A stretch of 64,000 nucleotides of DNA from Eledone cirrhosa (taxonomy: Eukaryota). The notes below the pieces were generated by a model, which was given only the letters and a program-made list of their open reading frames with translations, was not told the origin of the DNA and did no database searches. The stretch covers positions 10,843-74,842 of the forward strand of contig CAXHJY010000907.1 in NCBI GenBank assembly GCA_964016885.1, given 5' to 3'. Position numbers and translations under genes: made by a program. Positions 38,246-49,459 of the stretch are shown here, one piece after another. The first letter of the stretch is position 1. Each line of letters starts with the position of its first letter.

Positions 38246-41003
38246 TGTCTTACTAGAGAGAAATATGTGAAATGCTTTGTTAATCATTTTGAAATCAATC
38301 TGGCCAAAATCAGTTCTGGTTTTACGACCCATTTTATAGGGCTCCTATTTAAATTAAAATCTTCCAACATAATTTGAAATAAGAACCATCTTAATGAAAT
38401 AACAATTTTTGTAAATGCTTCAAAATTCTTCATTTATTCATTAAAATAGAGTTTATTTCATCAGAAATATTGTCATAGAAAGGTAGAAATTCAAACAATA
38501 ACATCAGATTGAAAATCTGAGCTGGTAAGAGACGATGAAATGATTAGAGTATTCTCACTTGTTGGCTTTAAAGATCCAAGAATTTCTATCTACTAATCTT
38601 ATTGGAGTTTATTTCCCTTGTATGTCTTTAGGGAGCTTTTGTCTACTCCCTATATTAAATACATATGACTACAGTAATTTGTATTTTTTATGCAACTGTA
38701 CAGAAGCTACTAAGTTTATGTTTATCTATTTTCAGCATTTCATTAATTATTAAAATATTGTACTGAGTTTAAGTCCTGGAATAGTACTGGCAACTACTCT
38801 GGTGTATTTTACATCCAGCCTAAGAGATATAGAAATCAATAGTATGATCAAGAATAGAATCTCCCTAGATACCCTTCAGTGGATAATAATAGATCCACAA
38901 CTGATACCCATGTTCCAGCATTATTATCACTGTTTTTGTTACTATTTGGTACAAGAAGAATTGGTGCTGGAACTGAAATAAGGAGCATTTTAAGTTCAGT
39001 AATTGTTATATTACAAAAATGAAATGAATAGATAGGCCTTAACTACCACTACACACCTATGTCTACTTACTGATTAGTCAGAGAAAGGGTATATCTTCAA
39101 ACCAGCAACCTAGTGTGAATACTTGCAAAGAAGGCATTCTGTTAAAAGAACCCAAGAGCTAGATTGGTGAGGAAGAAGAAGAAAAACTTTGTCTAAATGC
39201 TTACAACACTGTGGACTGTAAAGGCACCTAAGGGCCAGGTTATGGCATTAATCTGGATGACAGTCTATCATTATCATGTAATTCTACTAATTCCTCATTT
39301 TAAGTTACATGTAAAAAATTGCAGATTTTTTTTAAAAGGCTGTTAATTAAATCTAATTAAACATGCTAATGATGAAAAAAAAAACAAAAGACAACAAATT
39401 ATCTTCTTTTCCTAAATTTGGAATCGAGAAAGTAAATGGAACCAGTTTCTGTTAAACATTCAATTTAATAACCATAAATTGTTGTTGGACAGCTTCCATG
39501 TTTCAAGCAGGTCTATTGCTTGAAAGTAACCAATTAACTGTTTAAGAGTGACCCACAGATTTACCATGCTTATTATATATTGTTTACATATGGCTCACAC
39601 CATACACACTTATCTTAATTTACAGATTGTATCCACATACTGTATATTCCATCACACTATATATAATTTGTACTTAAACATCCCTACTAAACTAACAAAA
39701 TACAAGCTTAAACTGGCCCAAAACCACACTACACCACAAAAAACCCTTAATACCAGATACCTTTCAATGGGGATCTTAATTTACACAGTATCAGAGGTAT
39801 GATACAATCTATATAATTTTTCTTTATACAACCCTACTCAATAATAGAATATAAGCCGTAAAAACATCACACAAAATACAATTATTCAGTTAAATTAAAA
39901 TTAAAACCACAACAGAAAAACCATTTGTACAAAAGACCTTTCAATAGGAATCTTAGTCTACACATTGCATGTTCTAAGTGCAGCGAAGCAGTTTCCACAT
40001 GTTGGTTATAATAATACACTATCCAGCCAGTTTTGTGTGTTAGGAGTTGTTTCAGGTTTAAGATAGTATACCATATCCCTGTATGTCATAAGAAGTAACT
40101 AAAAGGGTTGATACCAAAAAGGACACCCAGCTCTAAAAATGTGCCTAAAAAAGTACTCATGTCATGCCAAAGACTAATAATTGCTTTAACAAGGAAAATA
40201 TCAATCATTCATAATATAAAGCTGTTGTTTAGTACACAACTTAAATGTTCTTACATAAAATTATGTTGGAAGGTTTTAAGATAAGTATAAATACTTTAAA
40301 ACAAACAGTTTTGTATTGTAGAACCAAAGACAATTTCAGGCAGTTTGATATGAAAAGGGTTAACAGCCAAGCAGGCTATGAATTTTTAAAAGTTTGTCCA
40401 TTTTACTTCACTTTACTGATTGATGCCAGTAATGCTTTTATACAGGACACAGTTGAGATATTGTAGTATTGCTCACTACAGAGGGTTTGACTCAGCAGAA
40501 TATAACCTAGTTAAAATAAAATTACTGATCGAAACAAAGTTAAGTAGTCAGTGATTAGATTTGTTTTCAGTAAGATACAACACAAAAATAAGTTATTACA
40601 ACCTGAGTAATAGTTGCATAGCAACATTTTTCTCTGGCTTTATTTGTTTATTTATTAATGATATAATATTGATCCTGCAGTGATAGCTAATAGGTGACAC
40701 CACTGATTTGATGAAAATCAACTAGTGATAGAGTGAGATTTAACAATCTGATATTAAGTTATTGAAGAATATAATCTGTTCATTGATGAGAGTATTAACT
40801 TACAACAGAAAGTTAACAAGTATATTAAGCTGAAGAGTTTTTACACATCAAATTTCCTTGGAATTTTCAATGATTTTTTTTTTTAGTAAAACAAATTTGC
40901 TACTAAGATAAAAATGGCAAATTTTTAAAAAGCTCTTTAACTCTTATTACCATATTTCTAATGAAAGACAAACCCTATCATTTAAAAATAAATATATACT
41001 TAT

Positions 41004-41128
41004 ATTTATATTTCATACAGAAATGACTTCTATACGACTAGTAGTTTCATTTGTTTGAATTCATCTCTGATTTCAAAGAAATTAAATTGTTCTAGTCCTG
41101 TAGAAGTCATTTCTATGTGAAATAAATA
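41004..41128. repeat. Imperfect palindrome / small foldback MITE
   Basis: atttcatacagaaatgacttctatacgactag / ctagtcctgtagaagtcatttctatgtgaaat. Confidence 0.85.
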
Positions 41129-41599
41129 TGTACCTTCACTGTATGCAGTACCATATTTAACTGTGGCTCTCTTCCAAAGAAACATTCTCAACTATATACA
41201 CACACACATGTGTGTGTGTAAAGGCAAATATGGAAAATATGAGCAATCATAGTTCTGTATAGTCTCGAACCATGATAACCTGTCTAACCCATGCAAGTGC
41301 GGAAAACTGAACTGTGTGTGTGAGTGTGTGCATGTGTAACTTTTGGATTTACATATGAAAGAAAAAATAGTTAATGTAATAGAATCTATTTATTAGAAGC
41401 TGAGACTCTCTCACCTTCATTGCTACACTGAGATTCCTGTTTCTACTGTGATGTCATACCTTCAAATATATACATTCACACACAAACACATAGTGGTTAG
41501 TCACATGGAGTGCACCCAGCTGTAGAAATCATGCATAAAAGGGCTGGAAGGACCCTTCAGTTGTAGTGCATTAACATATATATAATAATAATACAAGGA

Positions 41600-41885
41600 C
41601 GAATGGTTACTCCTTCATTACTTTTATTGGTGGGTGACACGCGTTTCGCTACTGATCAGCTCAAGGTTCGATCTGAATAGATCTAGTCCGACTCTGGAAT
41701 CAAAAGCTCGTAGGACCTCCATGGTAGTAATGACAGAATATTATATTCCACTCTGTCTAGTTCTACACCTCGATACTGATGTGAACATAAACATCGAGTG
41801 CTCACCCGGGTGAACCTACAGTAACTCCGTGTTACACTCCATGGATATATATATGAGCCACACCTAAGACAGATGAGTATGCTCA
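41600..41885 (-). mobile_element. Penelope-like terminal repeat fragment (homologous inverted copy at 42640-42775)
   Basis: Minus strand gaggtcctacgagc...gaaccttgagctgatcagtagcgaaacgcgtgtcacccaccaataaa matches plus strand gaggtccgacaag...gaaccttgagctgattgatagtgaaacgcgtgtcactactcaataaa. Confidence 0.55.
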
Positions 41886-41886
41886 C

Positions 41887-42135
41887 CATCATCATCATCA
41901 TCATCGTTTAACGTCCGTGTTCCACGCTTGCATGGGTTTGGACGGGGGTTTTCCCACTTGAGGCAAGAGTGGTTATCTTGCTCGCATAGGACTATCTGGT
42001 GGGTTTTCTACAGCTGGATGCCCTTCCTAACACCAACCACATTTACAGTGTGGGGCTGGGAGGTTTTTACCGTGTTGCCTACACGGCCACATTACAGCGT
42101 GAACTGTGTGTTTTTTGACGTGACACCTACACCTT
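41887..42135 (-). mobile_element. RTE-3'-derived short element; copies near 9110-9370, 15715-15990, 28990-29110, 29148-29250, 31611-31780, 32090-32265, 32360-32655, 34180-34460, 44995-45185, 46975-47258
   Basis: cactgtaa repeats + ggtgttaggaagggcatccagctgtagaaa + cccatgcaagc..ggacgttaaac(GAT)n, same architecture as the 3' UTR of the RTE at 19716-19960 and 22086-22290. Confidence 0.85.
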
Positions 42136-42173
42136 TGGTTATTCAATTTTTAACTTCACTACATATGTGTGTA

Positions 42174-42213
<40 letters not shown>

Positions 42214-42583
42214 AAAGACCCCATCTGTCATGAATAACCATGTTTTTTTGCACCTAGAAAGGTCCACCTCTGAGGCACAAACCCAGGCAAAATGCTTTTG
42301 TGGAAGACCAACAGTCACCTATGCATACCAATCTCTCCTCTTCACACCACTGATGTCGTCCAAAGGAAAGCCAAAGGCCGATACAGCTTGGCACCAGTAA
42401 CATCACACATTTCTACAGCTGAGTGAACTGGAGCAACATGAAATAAAGGGTCTTGCTCAAGGACACAACACATCGCCAAGTCCAGGTGTTGAACTCACCT
42501 CAAGATTGTGAATCCAACTCTCCAACCACTAAGCCACACATACATATAAATAAACGACAATGATAATTACATATGTATATCTT

Positions 42584-42627
<44 letters not shown>

Positions 42628-42795
42628 TATTGTAAAATATACAATACCACAACAGAGGTCCGACAAGATTTTGATTTAAGAGCCGGCTTGATTAATACAG
42701 ATTGAACCTTGAGCTGATTGATAGTGAAACGCGTGTCACTACTCAATAAACATAATGAAGACATAATAAATCTTCCTTATTATTATTATTATTAT

Positions 42796-42995
42796 AGGGC
42801 GGTGGATTGGCAGTATTGGTAGAGGGTCGGAGACCATGCTTTCAGCATAGTTACATCCCTTTACGGACTGAGTTCAAATCCCGCCGAGGTTAACTTTGCC
42901 TTTCATCCTTACGGGGTTGATAAGATAAAGTACCAGTAATGTACTGGGTAATTGCTGGCCTTGTGCCAAAAGTAGAAACAATTATTATTATTATT
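42796..42995 (+). mobile_element. Young tRNA-derived SINE with (ATT)n tail; related copies at 2447-2531, 7005-7180, 6830-6945, 11515-11650(-), 11680-11840(-), 13230-13370(-), 36305-36445(-), 48730-49050(-)
   Basis: A-box tggcagtattgg, B-box gttcaaatcc, central gcctttcatccttacggggtygataa..aagtaccag domain, tail gctggccttgtgccaaaagtagaaac(aatt/att)n. Confidence 0.9.
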
Positions 42996-43195
42996 ATATA
43001 TAACCCATGTTAGTGTGGAAAGTGAAGTTAAATGATGATGATATGTAAGATATTGAATTTGTAAAATTCTTTACGTCTCCAGGGTTTATATGCCTAACTT
43101 AAAACTATTTTCCATAGCCAAACAAGGTTGATGCTTTTAACTTTCAAATTCAACCTTCCTATTGCTCAATGGTTCTAAAAGTAGATTGTTTACTC

Positions 43196-43232
<37 letters not shown>

Positions 43233-43404
43233 AAAGTTAAACAAGGTTCAATGAATACATCAAAGAATGAGTTTTACAATAGATTGGAAGCACTCAACAA
43301 GTAAAGGTTTTCCAGAGTTAATAATATTAATTCAAAATATTAACAAAATACTACCATGACTGAATCTTAACCATCTACTATGTCAGGGTATGTCATGCAT
43401 CATC

Positions 43405-43470
43405 CTATTTTATCTGATGAGGATGTACTGTTAAACTTAACTCAGTACCTCTGAAATATGTATAATAAAA
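43405..43470 (+). ncRNA. Degenerate hammerhead-like motif (Penelope pLTR remnant)
   Basis: CTGATGA-gg..gtactg..cagtac..ct-GAAA-tatgta followed by aataaa; CpG-decay pattern; stem I register unclear. Confidence 0.4.
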
Positions 43471-43512
43471 TATAATTGATCACAAGAATATCTATTTTGT
43501 TAATATTTTGAA

Positions 43513-43547
<35 letters not shown>

Positions 43548-44509
43548 AGGATTCTAGTATTTCTTCCTTAGCTCCTTAACATTTACCAACCTCATTTCAC
43601 ATTTTCCTCTATTCTTAAAGAAAATATTTACCAAAAACACCAGGTTACAAGATGTTTCTAGTTAAATTTCTCATGTTCTCTGTTCATGTTCAAACCATTT
43701 ATTTTCAGGGATGCCTGCCTGTATTTTTTATGAGATGGATTGAAACTATACACTTTGCTTCTCATCATTCCAGAGCTTTAACCAACACAGATTGCTACAG
43801 TAACTGTGAAACAAAATATTTTGGATTCTGTTCCACTTTAAATAGGCTATGTGTGTCATATGCATAGAAAACTACCAGGTTTCTTAGTACACTGGCAAAT
43901 ACTCACATACTACTTAAGGGGTGTATATGGCAACAGTGTTAAGGGTAGGCCACAGCCTGTAAAGGATAAAGGAGTGGAATGACTGGGGTAAGGTCAGTGT
44001 AGTTTAATGTTGGACTTGTGTTGTTAGAGGTCAGTAGCTGATGGAAATACCACATCAGTTAAGGAAGTCACACACACACACACACACAAAAATGATGCTG
44101 AAACTATGTCAGTAAAGACCCACACAATTATCTATTCTTAACTCTGAACACTGTAATGATATAGCTGAAAATATTTCAAAATAGGTTTCTTAATTCAAAT
44201 GTTTATAGTATCATTACTGGTGGACATATTGTTGTGAATATTAGCAGTAAACTGAAATGAAGACTTCACTTTTTTATGTGGTACATGAATTACGCTAGCA
44301 TAATATTCTTGAAAAGTACAAAACACTAAAAATCAAAGTTTTTACTTTAATGCTACACATTTTTGCAACGGCCTGTCTACTAGTAAAGATATTATAAACT
44401 TTTGAATTAACAAACCTGCTTTTAGATATTTTCTGCTAAATCATTTTTGAACATCTATGCAGATTTAGTTGACCCCAAACCAAGTTGCATCTCATAGAAA
44501 GTTTCTTAA

Positions 44510-44673
44510 CCCATTAGCATTTAAACCAATCATATCCGGGCAGAATTCTCTCACCTCTTTCTGTTCAAACCAGCCATAACCAGCCTCTCATAAAATTCCA
44601 AATAATTATGTGAGATAAAGTGTTTACCGTGAAAATACAATAGTAAATATAGAGTAATGTAAATACTAAAGGG
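44510..44673 (-). mobile_element. piggyBac-like MITE family A, internally deleted
   Basis: ttaacccattagcattt ... aaatactaaaggg. Confidence 0.82.
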
Positions 44674-45989
44674 TCAAATGTCTTAATGATAGAGGCTCCA
44701 GTCCTATCTATCATGAAAGCTACATGAAATGAAGCATCTTGCTTAAGAACAAAACACACTGGCAAGACCAAGAATCAAAACTATGACCTTGTGATAGTGA
44801 GTCAAAAACTCTAAGCCATTATCTAGGATTCAGTTTGAAGTCCTGAGAATGTTACCAAAATGACAGCCAGCTGAAAAAAAGTTTGGCGGGTACCACATCT
44901 TAAACACTGTAACTATAATAACCAAGATGAAAACATTAACATAAAAATATTAGTTCATATAATATGTACACACTGATATCAATGCCTTGATAAAATACTC
45001 CCCCAGCACACAATAAAGTGGTTTGTGTTAGGAAGGGAATCCAGCTGTAGAAACCATGCTAAACTTGAACATTTGAGCAAGACGTGATCATCTGACCAGT
45101 CTGGTCTCAATGTGACAACCTATCCAATCCATACCAACAGAGAAAAGAGACAGTGGTGAAGAGGTAGTGGTGATGATAATGATGATATATAAATATGTAA
45201 ACAGTTGTTAAAACTATAACGGATAAAAAATTCTGAATGGTTAGTGATTTAGTTAATGAACCTATTAAAGTTAAAACTGCCAGAGAAATTTACTATTATG
45301 TTACATTCATCATTTTCACTAGACATAATTTCTTAATTGTCATTCATAAATTGTTAGCCTATTTTACTAGGATGGCCAGTGTGTGTATTAGATCTTTGTT
45401 TTACTGATACTGAGAGTTACAGTTGTTCAACAGAACAGCCTGCTTGTGTAAGTGACTGAGCATTCCACAGACATGTGCACCCTTCATGTAGAATATGTAT
45501 GTGATAAAGTTGGACCTTTGAAATGCAGATACAACTCATTTTTGAGTGGACTGGAGCAACATGAAATAAAGTGCTTTGCCCAATTTGCAACCAGAAATTG
45601 AACTCCAGCCTTAGGATTGTAAGCCAAACACCTTAACCAGAACGCCACATGTCTATATATAGTGTAACACACACATACATGTTATGTGTGAGTGTGTGTA
45701 CACTATATTTTTCTTATCTGCTCAAATTTTTATTTCATTTCTATACAAAATATATAATTATAGCAACAGCTAATATGACCCTGCCTCCTCCCCTCTCTTC
45801 CTTGAAAAAGTAAGCAACTATACACACACCTCATTGTCTTTTCTTCTTTCACTCCCTCTCTAGAAACTAATTAACCACACACACATCTTTCTCTTCCTTG
45901 AAACAGCAAGTAACAAACTTTAATTGCACCCTGCAATCAAGTTTTATACACTGAACTAATTTTCTAATTAACTCATTATCCAACGAGAG

Positions 45990-46102
45990 TACAACATAGT
46001 ATAGTATATAGCACAACATAGTATAGTATATAGCACAACATAGTATAATATAGCACATCATAGTATAATATAGCATCTATCATATCATAGTATAATATAG
46101 CA
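45990..46102. repeat. ~21-bp tandem repeat
   Basis: acatagtatagtatatagcaca-type units, ~5 copies. Confidence 0.85.
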
Positions 46103-46188
46103 GTTGAATCTATCAATATTAGGCAGGTCATCATTTTGATTGCTATTCAGTAATGGAAATCACATGACAATCAGTGTCACTGAAAGGA

Positions 46189-46669
46189 TTAACCCCTTTG
46201 TTACCAAACTGCTCCTGGTTCTATTATGAAAAACCTTTAGTGTGTTTTACACTTGAATTTAAACTTTTCATTGTAATTTTTTGTAAGATCCTTTTCTTAA
46301 TTTATGTTCTAAACAACTTAACAATGAGAAAGTTAGTTATATTACTAAATTCCTCCACATCTTTGATTATTTAAAAAATATTTGAAAATCATAAGCAGTG
46401 CCTTTCATTAAAAAATATGGTAGCAAAGAGGTAACCCTTTCATTGTATTTTTCATGAATGACACTGCCTGTGATTTTCAAATAATTTTGAAAATAGGAAT
46501 TTTGGAGGAATTTAATAATATAACTAACTTTTTTTATTATTAAACTGGTTTTGTAATGTAGCTGAACAAAAATGTTTTACATAAAATTATATAAGAACAT
46601 TTTAAAACAGACAGATTTGTATCATAGAACCAGGGGCAGTTTCAGACAGTTTGGTATCAAAAGGGTTAA
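46189..46669. mobile_element. Two family B MITEs head-to-head forming a ~480-bp imperfect palindrome
   Basis: Minus copy 46189-46432 and plus copy 46433-46669 joined at agaggtaaccctt. Confidence 0.8.
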
Positions 46670-46755
46670 CTAGAAAGAGACAATGGCCTCAATATTGTGT
46701 CATCTGTGTAATGGCATGACCCATGAGATATATCAAATGTGTTAGTGCGACTTAA

Positions 46756-46956
46756 CCCTTTAGCATTTCCATTACTCTATATCTACTATTGTATTTCACA
46801 GAAAACACTTTATCTCACATAATATCAAATCTATGAGATTTTGACATTTATTTTGAGAATACCTTAACATAAGTATGAGCAAGCAGTTACAGCCGGTATG
46901 AACAGAAAGAGGTGAGAAAATTCTGGCCAGATATAGCCGGTTTAAATGCTAAAGGG
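46756..46956 (+). mobile_element. piggyBac-like MITE family A
   Basis: Intact TTAA-ccctttagcattt / aaatgctaaaggg-TTAA. Confidence 0.9.
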
Positions 46957-47343
46957 TTAATAGTGTGGATATACATGATAAATGCACCCAGTACATTGTG
47001 TAAAGTTGTTGGTGATAGGAAAGATATCCAGCCATAGAAAACGTAAACAAAGGGTTGGGAAGAACTTAACTAAATAAAAGACTTGACAACCTCCCTAGAA
47101 CTAGTGCCACAATAAAATGCATTCGAAATAGTGCAGCAACATATATAACTAAGACCCCCACCCCCATCTGAAAGATCCGTATCTCTGCTTAAATATTGAT
47201 TTAGTCTGTGATGACCCATTCAACCCACGCTAGCAGAGAAGACGGATGTTAAATGAGGGTAAAAATATATTAACTGTATTTGTGTGACTTCTTCCATTAC
47301 TACAAAGAAAAAAAGGAGACAAAGAGAGAATTTTTACCTTTAG

Positions 47344-48009
47344 CAGGGATTTCCAACCCTTTTTTTGGAGAATACAAACCCCAAATATTATCAAATGATT
47401 TATAAAGAACCCTTAAGCTTGCTATTTCATTATATGCATGTGAAATATTACTAAGAGACTTATAAAGTACTCTTAACCCTTTAGCATTTAAACCGGCTGT
47501 ATCTGGCCAGAATTCTCTCACTTCTTTCTGTTCTAACCGGCTGTTCATACTGATGTTAAGGTATTGTTCTCAAAATAAATAATATCAAAATCTCATAGAT
47601 TCGATATTATGTGAGATAATGCTTTTACTCCAAAAATACAATAGTAAATATAGAGTAATGTAAATACTAAACGGTTAAACTAGGTTCTTCATAATAGGAA
47701 TCCCAAATACAACTGAGAATCTATATAAAACCTTTAAACTTGATATTTCATGATATGGACACAAATATTACTGAGAAACTTAAAAAGAACCCTTAAATAT
47801 GAACCCCAAATATTTACTGAAAGACTTGAAAAGAACCCTTTAAAAAAAAAAAAAGCTATATCATTTCATAAAAGAAAGACATATTAAAATAGAAGCTTTA
47901 GAATGTTGTGAAGAACTGTGAACCTTGTAGGAATATCCCTATTTCACAAATCCCTGAAATATTTTAGTGAACCATCTGGTTTTCTAAGAACCCTGCTTGG
48001 AGACCACTG
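47344..48009. mobile_element. Probable old hAT-type element with internal ~45-60 bp tandem repeats, carrying a nested TTAA MITE
   Basis: Starts cagggatttccaacc, ends ttggagaccactg; repeated aaatattact..aaagaacccttaa units; no clear TSD. Confidence 0.45.
47477..47674 (-). mobile_element. piggyBac-like MITE family A
   Basis: TTAA flanks, reverse orientation relative to 46756-46956. Confidence 0.9.
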
Positions 48010-48218
48010 GTTTATTTATACACATGAAAAAAAAAACATCAGAAACAAAAATGGGATTTAATTAATTTAGAAGTTTTGAAATTTACCTTAAAATAAGATA
48101 TTTTAAAATTCAGATTATCATTGTTATTGAGGCAATAGGTTGGGTAGGTCTATCATTCCTGACATTTTTAATGAATTGTTGAAGCAGGTTTTTGTCAACT
48201 GGATGGCTAGCTGCCCCA

Positions 48219-48459
48219 TTTAACATCTTTCATTACTACATTTCTAATGTATATTTTTAACGATAATCAATAATTTGGAAGGATTTAATGATATAACAAC
48301 TTTCTTTTGATTAAGCTAATGTTTGGAGATTAGCTTAAAAAAGGATCATACATAAAATTATGCAAAAAGGTTTTGAGATAAGTATAAACACTTTAAAAGA
48401 AACAGCTTGGTATTGTATAACTAGGGACGGCTGCAGGCAGTTTGATATCAAAAGGGTTA
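48219..48459 (+). mobile_element. TTAA MITE family B
   Basis: Consensus body, ends tttgatatcaaaagggtta. Confidence 0.78.
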
Positions 48460-49440
48460 GTTAATGCTTCAACTCACTCAATAATAAACGCTTTGGCTGG
48501 AATATTTGGGTGCATGTCCAAATTATATATGTATAGTATACAGTCTCTCCTGCGATTTGAACTCAGGAAGCAAGATGGTTTTCAGTGTATAAAGAATGTT
48601 TCTAAAGTCGAAATAAAGTAGAGAAAGCAAGTAACTATCAAAAATAATAATAAACGTAGTATTTCAGGAAGTCTGGTAAGCGAGGCAGACATAGCACAAA
48701 AGAAATACTAAAAGGTGATAATAACAATAATAATATCTAACATTGGCAGATGGCCAGGAAAGTTGGAGCTGGGCTCAGTTCATTTGGACTGGTACATGTT
48801 TTATCAAACACAGAAATATCACAAGATAAAACTTGAACTAAAAACATAAAGGGGCATAACTAAATCCCTGGAAGGTTTTTATTTTGGTACTCTTGCAAAC
48901 ACAACACAACACATTTTCATAGAAGGAAAACTTGATTGAATTGACCCCAGGTTGAAAGCAAAGGTAACCCTGACTGGATTTGATCTCAGAATGTAAAGGA
49001 GTATAACTAATAACACAAGGTATATTAGCCAGCGCTCTACCGATTCTGCCAAATAATATACACAAATAATGAAATTGTTGGAGAAAATGTCCCCTCCTAG
49101 TAATAATATTAGTCGTTTGTTTATGAGACCAGCTGAAAAGGACTACACTTTTAAAGCAAAGAAGGAAATGAATACAAGTCAAGTCGGATTTTCAGCTACC
49201 AGTGTGTAGTGAACTGACTACACATCTAAAATTGGGAGAAGTGGGAGGATGTTAAATTGGAAGGTGTAAAGTGGTGTGAATGGAGTTTGTGTGGTGCACC
49301 TTAATATAGACTTCACCTAGCGGCCTACACAATACAACTTTCCCCACACAGATAACATATACCATGTGACTTCTAGTGCCAAGATAATACAGGTACAAGA
49401 TGGGAGAAGGCTTATAAGATAGAACAAGAGATTACTTTAC

Positions 49441-49459
49441 CATGTCGAAACCATTCTGC
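49441..49459 (-). other. Candidate 19-nt microexon GCAGAATGGTTTCGACATG
   Basis: atttcAG acceptor, ATG|GTAAAG donor, unique sequence context. Confidence 0.4.

Noticed and set aside
42796-42890. tRNA-like A/B boxes
   Set aside because: Head of a multi-copy SINE; no cloverleaf
44856-44870. Possible 15-nt minus-strand microexon after tttttttcAG
   Set aside because: Weak GTAACA donor and no independent support
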